64,000 nucleotides of DNA. Source: an uncultured Dorea sp. Its GTDB lineage: Bacteria; Bacillota; Clostridia; Lachnospirales; Lachnospiraceae. The DNA is taken from the NCBI GenBank assembly GCA_910577685.1, contig CAJTOH010000013.1:6493-70492 (forward strand), read 5' to 3'. This document shows, in pieces, positions 47,791 through 56,851 of the stretch; the stretch's first letter is position 1; each line of letters begins with the position of its first letter. The translations under genes and the position numbers were made by a program. The notes beneath the pieces are model-generated. The model made no database searches. It worked only from the letters and a program-made list of their open reading frames with translations, and was not told where the DNA came from.

Positions 47791-48873
47791 TTACAGATTC
47801 TCCTCTTCAAACTTCTTCATAAACGCCGTCAGCGCCTCGACTCCTTCTATCGGCATCGCATTATAGATACTTGCCCTCATACCGCCCACGGAACGGTGAC
47901 CCTTCAGATTCTCGAATCCCGCTGCCTTCGCCTCTTTGACAAATCTCGCATCCAGATTCTCGTCTCCCGTCACAAAGGGAACATTCATCAGCGACCGGTA
48001 CTTCGGCTCTACGGTTCCGCTAAACATCTTGCTCGCGTCCAGATAGTCATACAAAATCTTCGCTTTCTTCTCATTATACTCCTTCATCGCGCTAAGGCCG
48101 CCCCGGCTTTTCAGCCACTTAAATACCTTGCCGCAGATATAGATTCCATATGCCGGAGGCGTATTGTAGAGCGAGCCCGCGTCCGCATGGGTCTTGTATT
48201 TTAACATAGTCGGAGTTCCGGGAAGCACCTCGTCCGTAATCAGATCCTTCCGGATAATGACGATTACCGTACCCGCCGGACCGATATTCTTCTGCACGCC
48301 TCCATAGATCACACCGTACTTCGTCACATCAACCGGCTCGGATAAAAAGCAGGAAGAGACATCCGCCACAAGAAGCTTCCCCTTAGTATCCGGCAGCTCC
48401 TTATATTTCGTTCCGTAAATCGTGTTATTTTCGCAAATATATACGTAATCCGCATCTTCGGAAATCGGAAGATCCTTTACCTCCGGGATATAGGAGAACG
48501 TCTTGTCTGCCGAGGAGGCTACGATATTCACTCTGCCGTACTTTGCCGCCTCCTCGCCGGCCTTCTTCGCCCACTGTCCGGTCACAATATAATCCGCCGC
48601 CCTATTCTTCATCAGGTTCATAGGAATCATGGCGAACTGCTGCGACGCCCCGCCCTGCAGGAACAATACCTCATAATCGTCCGGTATCCCCATAAGGCCG
48701 CGCAGGTCTGCTTCTGCCGTATCAATAATCTCCTGAAATGCCTTTGAGCGGTGACTCATCTCCATGACGGACATACCGGTCCCCTGATAATCTAACATCT
48801 CCTCTGCCGCTTCTCTTAGCACTTCCTCTGGCAATACCGCCGGACCTGCTGAAAAATTGTACACTCTGCTCAT
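47791..48873 (-). CDS. serC: phosphoserine aminotransferase
   Basis: YNFSAGPAVLPEEVL N-terminus, then QGGASQQF, then the PLP-Lys region GVQKNIGPAG. The start was moved to the ATG 7 nt after GGAGG. Confidence 0.95.
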   Translation of the reverse strand: MSRVYNFSAGPAVLPEEVLREAAEEMLDYQGTGMSVMEMSHRSKAFQEIIDTAEADLRGLMGIPDDYEVLFLQGGASQQFAMIPMNLMKNRAADYIVTGQWAKKAGEEAAKYGRVNIVASSADKTFSYIPEVKDLPISEDADYVYICENNTIYGTKYKELPDTKGKLLVADVSSCFLSEPVDVTKYGVIYGGVQKNIGPAGTVIVIIRKDLITDEVLPGTPTMLKYKTHADAGSLYNTPPAYGIYICGKVFKWLKSRGGLSAMKEYNEKKAKILYDYLDASKMFSGTVEPKYRSLMNVPFVTGDENLDARFVKEAKAAGFENLKGHRSVGGMRASIYNAMPIEGVEALTAFMKKFEEENL

Positions 48874-48948
48874 AATCATTCCTCCACTTTTTTCTGTCGC
48901 TTCTGCCTCTTACCCCGTTGTCATCATCTGGCCGGTCTTCTGCTTCCG

Positions 48949-50628
48949 TTAATTGCCTTCCGCCAGATCCTTCTCGTCAAATACCTCGCTGATCGCCTTA
49001 CCCGGCGCTACCATAGGCCACACTTTATCATCAGAGTCAATCTGACAGTCGATCACCACCGGCTTACCCAGAGCCAATGCTTTCGCAAAAGCTTCCTGAA
49101 ATTCTTCCCTAGTCGCCGCCCTGATGCCGACCGCACCCATCGCCTCCGCTAATTTCACGAAATCTACCGCGTCGTTAAGCACGGTGGCCGAATATCTCTG
49201 ACCGTAGAAGAGATTCTGCCACTGCCGCACCATTCCAAGCACATGATTATTGATAACCACCTGAATCACCGGAATATTGTGACGGACAGCCGTTGCAATC
49301 TCATTCATATTCATGCGGAAGCATCCGTCGCCCGCAATATTCACCACCGTCTTATCCGGTCTTCCCATCTTCGCCCCGAGAGAGGCTCCAAGCCCGTAAC
49401 CCATGGTACCGAGCCCTCCGGAAGTCAAAAGTGTCCTCGGCTTCGTGTAGCGGTAGAACTGCGCCGCCCACATCTGATGCTGGCCTACTTCCGTTACCAC
49501 AATCGCTTCCCCCTGCGTCTGACGGTAGATCTCTTCCACCACATAAGGACCTGTCAGCACCTCCGGATGATAGGACAGCGGAAAACGATTCTTATACTCC
49601 GTAATCTTCTCTATCCATTCCTTGTGTTCCTGCCGGGTCAGCCTGTCGTTCAATATCTTCAAAACTTCCTTGATATCTCCCACAACTCCGGCCGTGATCA
49701 GCACGTTCTTATCCATCTCCGCCGGGTCGATATCAAACTGCAGAATCTTGGCGTTGCTGGCAAATTTCTTCGCATTTCCGGTCACACGGTCGCTGAACCT
49801 CGCTCCGATTACGATCAGCAGGTCGCACTCGCTGACCCCGTAGTTAGACGTCTTTGTCCCATGCATGCCAAGCATCCCCGTATAGAGCGGATCCGTACCG
49901 GGAAACGCGCCTTTTCCCATCAGAGAATCGGTCACGGGTGCGTCCACCTTCTTGACGAAAGTAAACAACTCCTCGCTGGCATCGGATAAGATTGCGCCGC
50001 CCCCTACGAAGATATAAGGTTTCTCGGAATTCTCGATCAGTTTAAGGGCCGTATCGATCTCCGCCTCGTCTATTCCGTTCGGAGATGAAACTGCCTTCGG
50101 CTCTTCCCTCCGGTATTCCGCCTTATTTGCCGTCACATCCTTGGGAATATCGATCAGGACCGGCCCCGGCCTCCCCTTTTTGGCAATGATGAAGGATCTG
50201 CGTATGGTGTCGGCAAGCTCAGCCACATCCTTCACAATATAATTATGCTTCGTGATTGGCATTGTGACTCCCGCAATGTCGATTTCCTGAAAACTGTCTT
50301 TTCCAAGAAGGCTGACGCCTACATTACAGGTAATCGCCACGACGGGAATCGAATCCATATATGCTGTGGCAATCCCCGTAACGAGGTTCGTCGCCCCCGG
50401 GCCGCTGGTTGCAAAACACACGCCGACCTTTCCGGTCGCCCTTGCATATCCGTCAGCCGCGTGAGCGGCCCCCTGCTCATGGGAAGTCAGGATATGCGTA
50501 ATCTCATCACTATGCTTGTATAACTCATCGTATACATTCAGGATGGCGCCGCCCGGATAACCGAACACGGTGTCCACACCCTGTTCCTTTAAACATTCGA
50601 TCAATATCTCTGATCCTGTCAACTGCAT
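48949..50628 (-). CDS. ilvB: acetolactate synthase, large (catalytic) subunit
   Basis: TPP enzyme with N-terminal GVDTVFGYPGGAIL and C-terminal TPP-binding GLGTMGYGLGASLGA...GDGCFRMN. No ilvN-like small-subunit ORF is adjacent. Confidence 0.9.
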   Translation of the reverse strand: MQLTGSEILIECLKEQGVDTVFGYPGGAILNVYDELYKHSDEITHILTSHEQGAAHAADGYARATGKVGVCFATSGPGATNLVTGIATAYMDSIPVVAITCNVGVSLLGKDSFQEIDIAGVTMPITKHNYIVKDVAELADTIRRSFIIAKKGRPGPVLIDIPKDVTANKAEYRREEPKAVSSPNGIDEAEIDTALKLIENSEKPYIFVGGGAILSDASEELFTFVKKVDAPVTDSLMGKGAFPGTDPLYTGMLGMHGTKTSNYGVSECDLLIVIGARFSDRVTGNAKKFASNAKILQFDIDPAEMDKNVLITAGVVGDIKEVLKILNDRLTRQEHKEWIEKITEYKNRFPLSYHPEVLTGPYVVEEIYRQTQGEAIVVTEVGQHQMWAAQFYRYTKPRTLLTSGGLGTMGYGLGASLGAKMGRPDKTVVNIAGDGCFRMNMNEIATAVRHNIPVIQVVINNHVLGMVRQWQNLFYGQRYSATVLNDAVDFVKLAEAMGAVGIRAATREEFQEAFAKALALGKPVVIDCQIDSDDKVWPMVAPGKAISEVFDEKDLAEGN

Positions 50629-50690
50629 ATTCTGTCGTTCTCCTATTCTTTCTATAGTATATTGTATTCTGCCTATCCGCTATGACAAAC

Positions 50691-52361
50691 TTATCTGCCC
50701 GGAATCTGCAGAATCGCTCCCCGGTTTCCGGAAGTCACCATAGCCGCGTATCTTGCCAGATATCCTGTCGTCACCTTCGGCTCTCTCGGCTTCCACGCGT
50801 CTCTTCTCTTCTGCATCTCTTCCTCTGGCACGTCAATCTCCAACTTAAGATTCGGGATATCAATCTTAATAAGATCTCCCTCTTCTACCAGCGCGATAGG
50901 CCCGCCTACCGCCGCCTCCGGGGACACATGTCCGATCGAAGCTCCTCTGGACGCCCCGCTAAAGCGTCCGTCCGTGATCAGCGCTACGCTGGAGCCAAGA
51001 CCCATCCCCGCAATCGCGGAAGTCGGATTCAGCATCTCTCTCATTCCCGGACCGCCTTTCGGCCCCTCATAGCGGATGACAACTACGTCTCCTGCCACAA
51101 TCTTTCCGCCCTTAATCGCGTCGATGGCATCCTCCTCACAGTCGAATACTCTTGCCGGCCCTTCATGGACAAGCATTTCTTCCACCACCGCAGACCTCTT
51201 TACCACGCTTCCGTCAGGCGCAAGATTGCCCTTTAACACCGCAAGACCGCCGGTAGGCGTATACGGATTGTCAATGGGACGGATTACCTCCGGGTCTTTA
51301 TTAACTGCATGCGCAATATTCTCCCCAACAGTCTTCCCCGTTACGGTCATACAATCCGTGTGCAGAAGCCCCTTCTTATCAAGTTCCGCCATAACCGCGT
51401 ACACACCGCCGGCCTCGTCGAGATCCTCCATATAGGTAGGGCCGGCCGGCGCTAAATGACAGAGGTTCGGCGTCTTCTCGCTGATGCCGTTGGCAAAATC
51501 AATCTCAAAATCCATACCGATCTCATGGGCAATGGCCGGAAGATGCAGCATACTGTTCGTAGAACAGCCGAGAGCCATATCCACGGTCAGGGCGTTTAGA
51601 ATCGCCTTTTCTGTCATAATATCTCTCGGGCAAATATTTTTCTCCAATAACTCCATAACCTTCATGCCCGCCTGTTTCGCAAGGCGGATCCTCGCGGAAT
51701 AGACGGCCGGAATGGTTCCGTTTCCTCCCAGTCCCATACCCAGAACTTCCGTCAGGCAGTTCATGCTGTTCGCCGTATACATACCGGAACATGACCCGCA
51801 AGTCGGGCAGGTCTTATTCTCGAACTCACACAGGTCTTCATCCGTAATCATCCCCGCCGCGTTTGCCCCCACTGCCTCGAACATACTGGAAAGGCTGGTC
51901 TTCTTACCCTTCACATGACCTGCAAGCATGGGCCCGCCGCTGACAAAGACGGTCGGTACGTTGATCCTCGCAGCCGCCATCAATAGCCCCGGCACGTTCT
52001 TATCACAGTTCGGCACCATAACAAGCGCGTCAAACTGATGCGCAATCGCCATGGCTTCCGTGGAATCCGCGATCAGATCCCTCGTTACCAGCGAGTATTT
52101 CATTCCCAGATGCCCCATTGCAATCCCATCGCACACCGCGATAGCCGGAAACACGACGGGCGTGCCTCCTGCCATGGCGACCCCCTGTTTTACCGCGTTC
52201 ACAATCTTATCCAGGTTCATGTGGCCCGGCACAATCTCGTTATAGGAGCTGACAATTCCCACCAGCGGACGCTCCATCTCCTCCGGCGTAAGTCCCAGCG
52301 CGTTAAATAAAGACCTATGGGGCGCCTGCTGCTTTCCTTTTGTAACCGTATCGCTTCTCAT
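50691..52361 (-). CDS. ilvD: dihydroxy-acid dehydratase
   Basis: [22 protein letters not shown] and LITDGRFSG motifs. The start was moved to the ATG (MRSDTV) 5 nt after AGGAGG, 10 nt after the leuB stop. Confidence 0.95.
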   Translation of the reverse strand: MRSDTVTKGKQQAPHRSLFNALGLTPEEMERPLVGIVSSYNEIVPGHMNLDKIVNAVKQGVAMAGGTPVVFPAIAVCDGIAMGHLGMKYSLVTRDLIADSTEAMAIAHQFDALVMVPNCDKNVPGLLMAAARINVPTVFVSGGPMLAGHVKGKKTSLSSMFEAVGANAAGMITDEDLCEFENKTCPTCGSCSGMYTANSMNCLTEVLGMGLGGNGTIPAVYSARIRLAKQAGMKVMELLEKNICPRDIMTEKAILNALTVDMALGCSTNSMLHLPAIAHEIGMDFEIDFANGISEKTPNLCHLAPAGPTYMEDLDEAGGVYAVMAELDKKGLLHTDCMTVTGKTVGENIAHAVNKDPEVIRPIDNPYTPTGGLAVLKGNLAPDGSVVKRSAVVEEMLVHEGPARVFDCEEDAIDAIKGGKIVAGDVVVIRYEGPKGGPGMREMLNPTSAIAGMGLGSSVALITDGRFSGASRGASIGHVSPEAAVGGPIALVEEGDLIKIDIPNLKLEIDVPEEEMQKRRDAWKPREPKVTTGYLARYAAMVTSGNRGAILQIPGR

Positions 52362-52371
52362 AATATTCCTC

Positions 52372-53457
52372 CTACTCAATATATCCTGCAATCAGATCGC
52401 CCATCTTCTCCGTGCCGATCTGCTGTTTTCCTTCCGACATAATGTCAATCGTGCGGTATCCTTCCGACAGAACCCTTAAAACCGCCTGTTCAACGGCGTC
52501 CGCCTCCTTGTCAAGATCAAAACTGTACCTAAGCATCATTGCCGCAGACAGTATAGTGGCAATAGGATTCGCAATTCCTCTGCCCGCAATATCGGGCGCG
52601 GAACCGCCGCTTGGCTCGTAAAGCCCGAATTTCGTCTCATTTAAGCTGGCGCTGGCAAGCATCCCGATAGATCCGGTCACCATGCTGGCCTCATCAGACA
52701 GGATATCCCCGAACATATTCTCCGTCAAAATCACGTCGAACTGTTTCGGGTCTTTTACGAGCTGCATCGCACAATTATCCACAAGCATGTGTTCTAAGGC
52801 CACCTCCGGATACTCCGAAGCCACTTCCTCCACAACCTTTCTCCAAAGTCTGGAAGAATCCAACACATTGGCCTTATCAACGCTGGTTACTTTCTTTCTG
52901 CGTTTCATGGCAATATCGAATCCGCGCTTCGCAATCCTGCGAATCTCCTTCTCGTTATATGTAAGAGAGTCGTATGCCGTCATGACGCCGTCTTCCTCCA
53001 CGGTCTTACGCTCTCCAAAGTACAGACCGCCCGTCAGCTCCCGCATAATCATCATGTCGAAACCGCCCTCTGTAATCTCTTCCTTAAGCGGGCATGCGCC
53101 CTTCAATTCATCATAAAGAACCGCCGGCCTTAAATTTGCAAAAAGATTCAGCTCTTTGCGGATTCGAAGCAATCCTGCCTCCGGCCTCTTTGACGGTTCC
53201 AACCGATACCACGGCGATGTCTTCGCGTCTCCTCCGATAGAACCCATCAATACGGCATCGCAGCTCTTTGCAGCCGCAACCGTCTCATCCGTCAACGGAA
53301 CCCCGTGTACATCGATAGACGCCCCGCCCATCAAAAGCTGCGTATAGTCGAAGCTATGACCATAGGTCTCCCCCACCTGGTTAAGCACCTTCATTGCTTC
53401 CGTTACGATCTCCGGTCCGATCCCGTCTCCCTTAATCACTCCGATTTTCAGATTCAT
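52372..53457 (-). CDS. leuB: 3-isopropylmalate dehydrogenase
   Basis: [21 protein letters not shown] and [13 protein letters not shown](M) motifs. Confidence 0.95.
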   Translation of the reverse strand: MNLKIGVIKGDGIGPEIVTEAMKVLNQVGETYGHSFDYTQLLMGGASIDVHGVPLTDETVAAAKSCDAVLMGSIGGDAKTSPWYRLEPSKRPEAGLLRIRKELNLFANLRPAVLYDELKGACPLKEEITEGGFDMMIMRELTGGLYFGERKTVEEDGVMTAYDSLTYNEKEIRRIAKRGFDIAMKRRKKVTSVDKANVLDSSRLWRKVVEEVASEYPEVALEHMLVDNCAMQLVKDPKQFDVILTENMFGDILSDEASMVTGSIGMLASASLNETKFGLYEPSGGSAPDIAGRGIANPIATILSAAMMLRYSFDLDKEADAVEQAVLRVLSEGYRTIDIMSEGKQQIGTEKMGDLIAGYIE

Positions 53458-53538
53458 AATCCTCTTCCTTCCTGCAATGGCGCTCCTATCCGTATGCCCG
53501 TATCAATCCCATACCAAGCGCCGCAAACTTTATCCTTT

Positions 53539-53567
53539 ATGATATCCTATTTTAATGTAGGTTTCAA
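53539..53567 (-). promoter_or_regulatory. sigma-A-type promoter for the leuB-ilvD-ilvB(-serC-serA) string
   Basis: The minus strand reads TTGAAA (53567-53562), a 17-nt spacer, then TATCAT (53544-53539), leaving a 5' UTR of about 80 nt. Confidence 0.45.
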
Positions 53568-53664
53568 GACTTTAATTCGTCAAATTGCCTGTTCCGTGTC
53601 AAATCCTGTAGATTTCACGGTTTTTCAGGCCGGTGGGAATGATTTCCTGTATAATATTCTCCAT

Positions 53665-53705
53665 ATAAAAAACCTTCCATGACCGCATTGCTGCGCCATG
53701 AAAGG
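53665..53705 (-). terminator. rho-independent terminator of the srtB-lcp-substrate operon
   Basis: The minus strand reads CCTTTCATGGCGCA-GCAA-TGCGGTCATGGAAGG followed by TTTTTTAT. It starts 21 nt after the stop codon of the SPKTG protein. Confidence 0.85.
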
Positions 53706-53726
53706 TTTTCCTCAGAACATCCTTCC

Positions 53727-54338
53727 CTAAAACATCCCTGTTTTTGGGGACTTAGTTGAACCATCGCTGGTTTTTGCCGGACCGCCGTCTTTTGTATTGA
53801 CAGCCTTCACAAATGCTACCGGTGACAACTCTGTAAAATATGCGCTCACATAATTGTCGCCAACCGCTCTAGGAACGATTACTTCCCAGAATCCATTGCC
53901 CTTCTCGTCTTCTGTCCAATGAAGCACATAGACGGTATCATTCTTTGAGATACCCTCAATATTGAATTCGATCGTAACCGGCAATGTCTCAGATGTTACA
54001 TCCATTGGGCCGATCAATTTCAGCTCTGTTCCTTCCTTGTACAGATTTCCAAGAATCTGCTTAAGCCCTGCCTGTGTATCGATCTTGCTGTACGCTGCAG
54101 GAACCTTTCCTCCAAAATAGATACCGGAATCAAGATCATAAATTCCTACGCCTTTTGTGTCTGATGACACGCCAAATACGGTGTCTGAACTTGCGGCAGA
54201 AGAGCTGCTTCCTACTGAAGCGCTGCTTCCCACTGACGGACTGCTTCCTCTGTCAGAAGCAAAGCTCACCATACTCATACTAAATAATACTCCCAAAACA
54301 ACTGTCAGGGAAACGGCTTTTTTCCATAATTTAACCAT
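53727..54338 (-). CDS. secreted Ser-rich protein ending in an SPKTG sortase-B-type motif (putative SrtB substrate)
   Basis: Signal peptide MVKLWKKAVSLTVVLGVLFSMSMVSFA|SD, then a Ser-rich tract SDRGSSPSVGSSASVGSSSSAASSDT, then a beta-rich domain of about 140 aa. The C-terminus is ...GSTKSPKTGMF-stop, with SPKTG at 53736-53750. Confidence 0.7.
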   Translation of the reverse strand: MVKLWKKAVSLTVVLGVLFSMSMVSFASDRGSSPSVGSSASVGSSSSAASSDTVFGVSSDTKGVGIYDLDSGIYFGGKVPAAYSKIDTQAGLKQILGNLYKEGTELKLIGPMDVTSETLPVTIEFNIEGISKNDTVYVLHWTEDEKGNGFWEVIVPRAVGDNYVSAYFTELSPVAFVKAVNTKDGGPAKTSDGSTKSPKTGMF

Positions 54339-54409
54339 CGGATTTCCCTCCTTTCTTTTGTTTTTTTATATTAAAACCATAAAGGCCTTAATACCGATTT
54401 CATCTATTT

Positions 54410-55414
54410 CTAAATCTCCTCATCCGCCAAAGTATAGAACGTCTCCACGACCATCCGCTTCAGCTCCTCGTCGTTTGCATAGAATTCTTCATGAATCTCC
54501 CCTTGAATTCTTTTGCCTGCAACCGATATAATCGAATTATCAAAATCCAGTTCATCTATATAAAACGGAAGCGCCAAAAGCTCCGCTTTGCCGATATCAG
54601 TCGTCATATTTTCATCCAGAATGGAATACAATTCAAACAACAGCTTCGGATCCTTCTTCGCCTTTTCTTTCACAGCCTTAATATACTCTTTAATATATAC
54701 TTTCTGTCTTTCCGCTCTCTCCTCGCAGCTTGCATATGTATGGATATCCCGCACATGGAGATATTCGAAACATCTCTCCCCCATCAGATGAACCGTATTT
54801 CCCGGCGCAAACATAGGGCTCAGCTTCTGAAGCTCAGCATCCACATACTCCGTATTCATCCGGAGCGTAACACCGCCCACTGCGTCGTTCAACACCGGAA
54901 CCGCGTTAAAATTAACTGCGCAGTACCTGTCAATCGGAATATCCAGGAAAAGCGAGGATATCCGCTCCGCGGTTTTCCTGCAGCTATCGTCCCCGTCATT
55001 CCCATACGCGTACTGCAGGGTAAGCTGCATCGTACGCATCATCATAAAATCCCCCTTGGAATCATAGATATTGATAGGCATCATCAAATCTCGGGGGATA
55101 TTCAATATTTTTATTTTTCTTGTCTTCGAATTGAGGCTGATCAGAAAAATGGCGTCGGACTGCCCCCGATCCCCCGGGAGTACGTCCTGATCCAACGCAT
55201 TGCTATGGTCGACCCCGAGACAAAGGATATTAATCAAGTCCTCGTTATAGACATAACGCTTTCCCTCATAGCGGACGGGCCGCGCTTCTCCCTCTATGGC
55301 CTTATCCATTTTTAAAAGCGCGGAAGACCAGGACAGCCAGAAGAGAATGATTAAAAAAGCAAACGCTCCCGCCGCCAAAAGAAAGGCATATCTTTTCCTA
55401 TCACTCTTCTTCAT
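54410..55414 (-). CDS. LCP (LytR-CpsA-Psr) family phosphotransferase
   Basis: An N-terminal TM anchor, then INILCLGVDHS...RGQSDAIFLISLN...ILNIPRDL, the LCP core motifs. Its start overlaps the sortase stop by 14 nt. Confidence 0.85.
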   Translation of the reverse strand: MKKSDRKRYAFLLAAGAFAFLIILFWLSWSSALLKMDKAIEGEARPVRYEGKRYVYNEDLINILCLGVDHSNALDQDVLPGDRGQSDAIFLISLNSKTRKIKILNIPRDLMMPINIYDSKGDFMMMRTMQLTLQYAYGNDGDDSCRKTAERISSLFLDIPIDRYCAVNFNAVPVLNDAVGGVTLRMNTEYVDAELQKLSPMFAPGNTVHLMGERCFEYLHVRDIHTYASCEERAERQKVYIKEYIKAVKEKAKKDPKLLFELYSILDENMTTDIGKAELLALPFYIDELDFDNSIISVAGKRIQGEIHEEFYANDEELKRMVVETFYTLADEEI

Positions 55415-56126
55415 CCCGTACCCCTATAATCAGCCACCGGTTCGACGGCTGGTCACCAATACACGTAGATAACGTAATCATGGAATCCTTTTCCGTCGGA
55501 GTGAATTCGTCGTTAAAATGCGCCGGCCCCTGCCCAAACGCCTTGATATCCGTGATAAACTGCGCTCTGCCTTCCAACGTATCAAAATTGTAGCTCAGTG
55601 GAAGATAGCGGTCGTCAAAGACCACTGCAGCATAAATATTGTATTTAATCGCCTCATCCGGCAAATAGATGTCTATCTCCGAATGTTCTCTGAAAAAAGC
55701 CTCGTCGTCATAATTATGCAGACTTCCGAACATGGTCCCGTCGTTCATGTCATGTCCATAAATGATCGTATTAATCTCCCTGAAATCCCGGCTGTTAATA
55801 TTCTCCGTGTAGATGGAACCCGGAAGCCCTTCTGTCTTTTCCATGGTTATGTTGAGATAGTCAACACTCCCGTCTACGCTTTGAAGAATCGGATAAGAAA
55901 CCTTTGTTCCGGGTATCTCTATATATGCATAGACGTCTTCGTTCACTGCCTTAAACTCGTCGAAATCAACAGGGATATCCACCTTCTTCTTATTACCGTC
56001 AAGGTTCAGTTCCTGACTTTCCACGGATTTTTCACCCTTAGTACCCCCGGTATATAATATTCCTCCTACGATTGCAACCGCCGCAACAACAACAACCGCA
56101 ATTCCTATCTTTACGTACTTTTCCAC
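55401..56126 (-). CDS. srtB: class B sortase
   Basis: An N-terminal TM anchor, then VNEDVYAYIEIPGTKVSYPILQS, IIYGHDMNDGTMFGSLHNY, the catalytic ITLSTC, and the downstream Arg (NRWLIIG). The motif order parallels C. difficile SrtB. Confidence 0.85.
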   Translation of the reverse strand: MEKYVKIGIAVVVVAAVAIVGGILYTGGTKGEKSVESQELNLDGNKKKVDIPVDFDEFKAVNEDVYAYIEIPGTKVSYPILQSVDGSVDYLNITMEKTEGLPGSIYTENINSRDFREINTIIYGHDMNDGTMFGSLHNYDDEAFFREHSEIDIYLPDEAIKYNIYAAVVFDDRYLPLSYNFDTLEGRAQFITDIKAFGQGPAHFNDEFTPTEKDSMITLSTCIGDQPSNRWLIIGVRDEEE

Positions 56127-56256
56127 AACACTTCTCCTATTCGATTGATCTTGTTCTATAAGATTATAATCTTATAAAGTTTAATTGTCAACTCCTTTAA
56201 AGATTTATTTTTATACACAAACTATTGATAAAATAGCCTTGAAAGGGTGTGATATC

Positions 56257-56586
56257 ATGAAAAATCTGAAACTTTTACGAAACCAGAGAGGATTAAGCCA
56301 ACAGAAATTGGCCGATATCTTGCATATCAGCCAACAGTCTGTCTATAAGTACGAGAATGATATAACGTCTCCCGATATTGAAACACTAAAGAATATTGCA
56401 GATTTTTTTGAAACATCAATCGACTATGTTGTTGGCTATACGGAGCTTCCCCACAAGATTGAACCAACGGTCAAATTATCACTGAATCAGGATGAAGCCA
56501 AATTAATCCAAAAATACCAAAACCTTTCGCCAAAACGACGCTCTGTGATACACTCTGTTATCGACAGCTACTCCGAGAAGTACTAA
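56257..56586 (+). CDS. XRE-family helix-turn-helix transcriptional regulator
   Basis: The track ORF starts at an upstream alternative codon. The ATG at 56257 gives MKNLKLLRNQRGLSQQKLADILHISQQSVYKYENDITSPDIETLKNIADFFETSIDYVVG, a canonical HTH_3. Confidence 0.8.
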   Translation: MKNLKLLRNQRGLSQQKLADILHISQQSVYKYENDITSPDIETLKNIADFFETSIDYVVGYTELPHKIEPTVKLSLNQDEAKLIQKYQNLSPKRRSVIHSVIDSYSEKY

Positions 56587-56645
56587 AGAAAAATCTTCCG
56601 TATATTTTCCGCAGCTCTGCGCACACTAAAAAACGGGGTGATACA

Positions 56646-56825
56646 ATGACTTTCAAAGATGAATTTCCTATTGGATTTACCATGTCTCTGGCACAGCACA
56701 CCGACATCCTGACTCAGTTCGCCTCCCTTTCACCGGATGAACAGCAGCGGATTGTGGATGGCTCCCGCCAGGTAAAGAGCCGCAGAGAGATGCAGAATTA
56801 TGTGGAGAATATGTTTCAGGGATAA
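56646..56825 (+). CDS. small ORF (59 aa) below the ORF-track length cutoff
   Basis: ATG lies 5 nt after GGGGTG. The product is MTFKDEFPIGFTMSLAQHTDILTQFASLSPDEQQRIVDGSRQVKSRREMQNYVENMFQG. It lies 60 nt after the XRE gene, and its stop sits inside a terminator hairpin. Confidence 0.45.
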   Translation: MTFKDEFPIGFTMSLAQHTDILTQFASLSPDEQQRIVDGSRQVKSRREMQNYVENMFQG

Positions 56826-56851
56826 GGGTTTCCTTATCCCTTCTTCTTGCC
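56819..56851 (+). terminator. hairpin terminator shared by the convergent sORF and M23 gene ends
   Basis: GGGATAAGG-GTTT-CCTTATCCC is a perfect 9-bp stem followed by TTCTTCTT. Both stop codons lie within the arms. Confidence 0.55.

Noticed and set aside
53458-53538. T-box or leucine leader-peptide attenuator upstream of leuB.
   Set aside because: The UTR is only about 80 nt. It has no specifier-loop or T-box sequence (AGGGUGGNACCGCG-like) and no Leu-rich mini-ORF.
56185-56586. XRE regulator as an indicator of a prophage or mobile element.
   Set aside because: No integrase, recombinase, phage structural or replication genes lie nearby. The flanks are chromosomal envelope genes.
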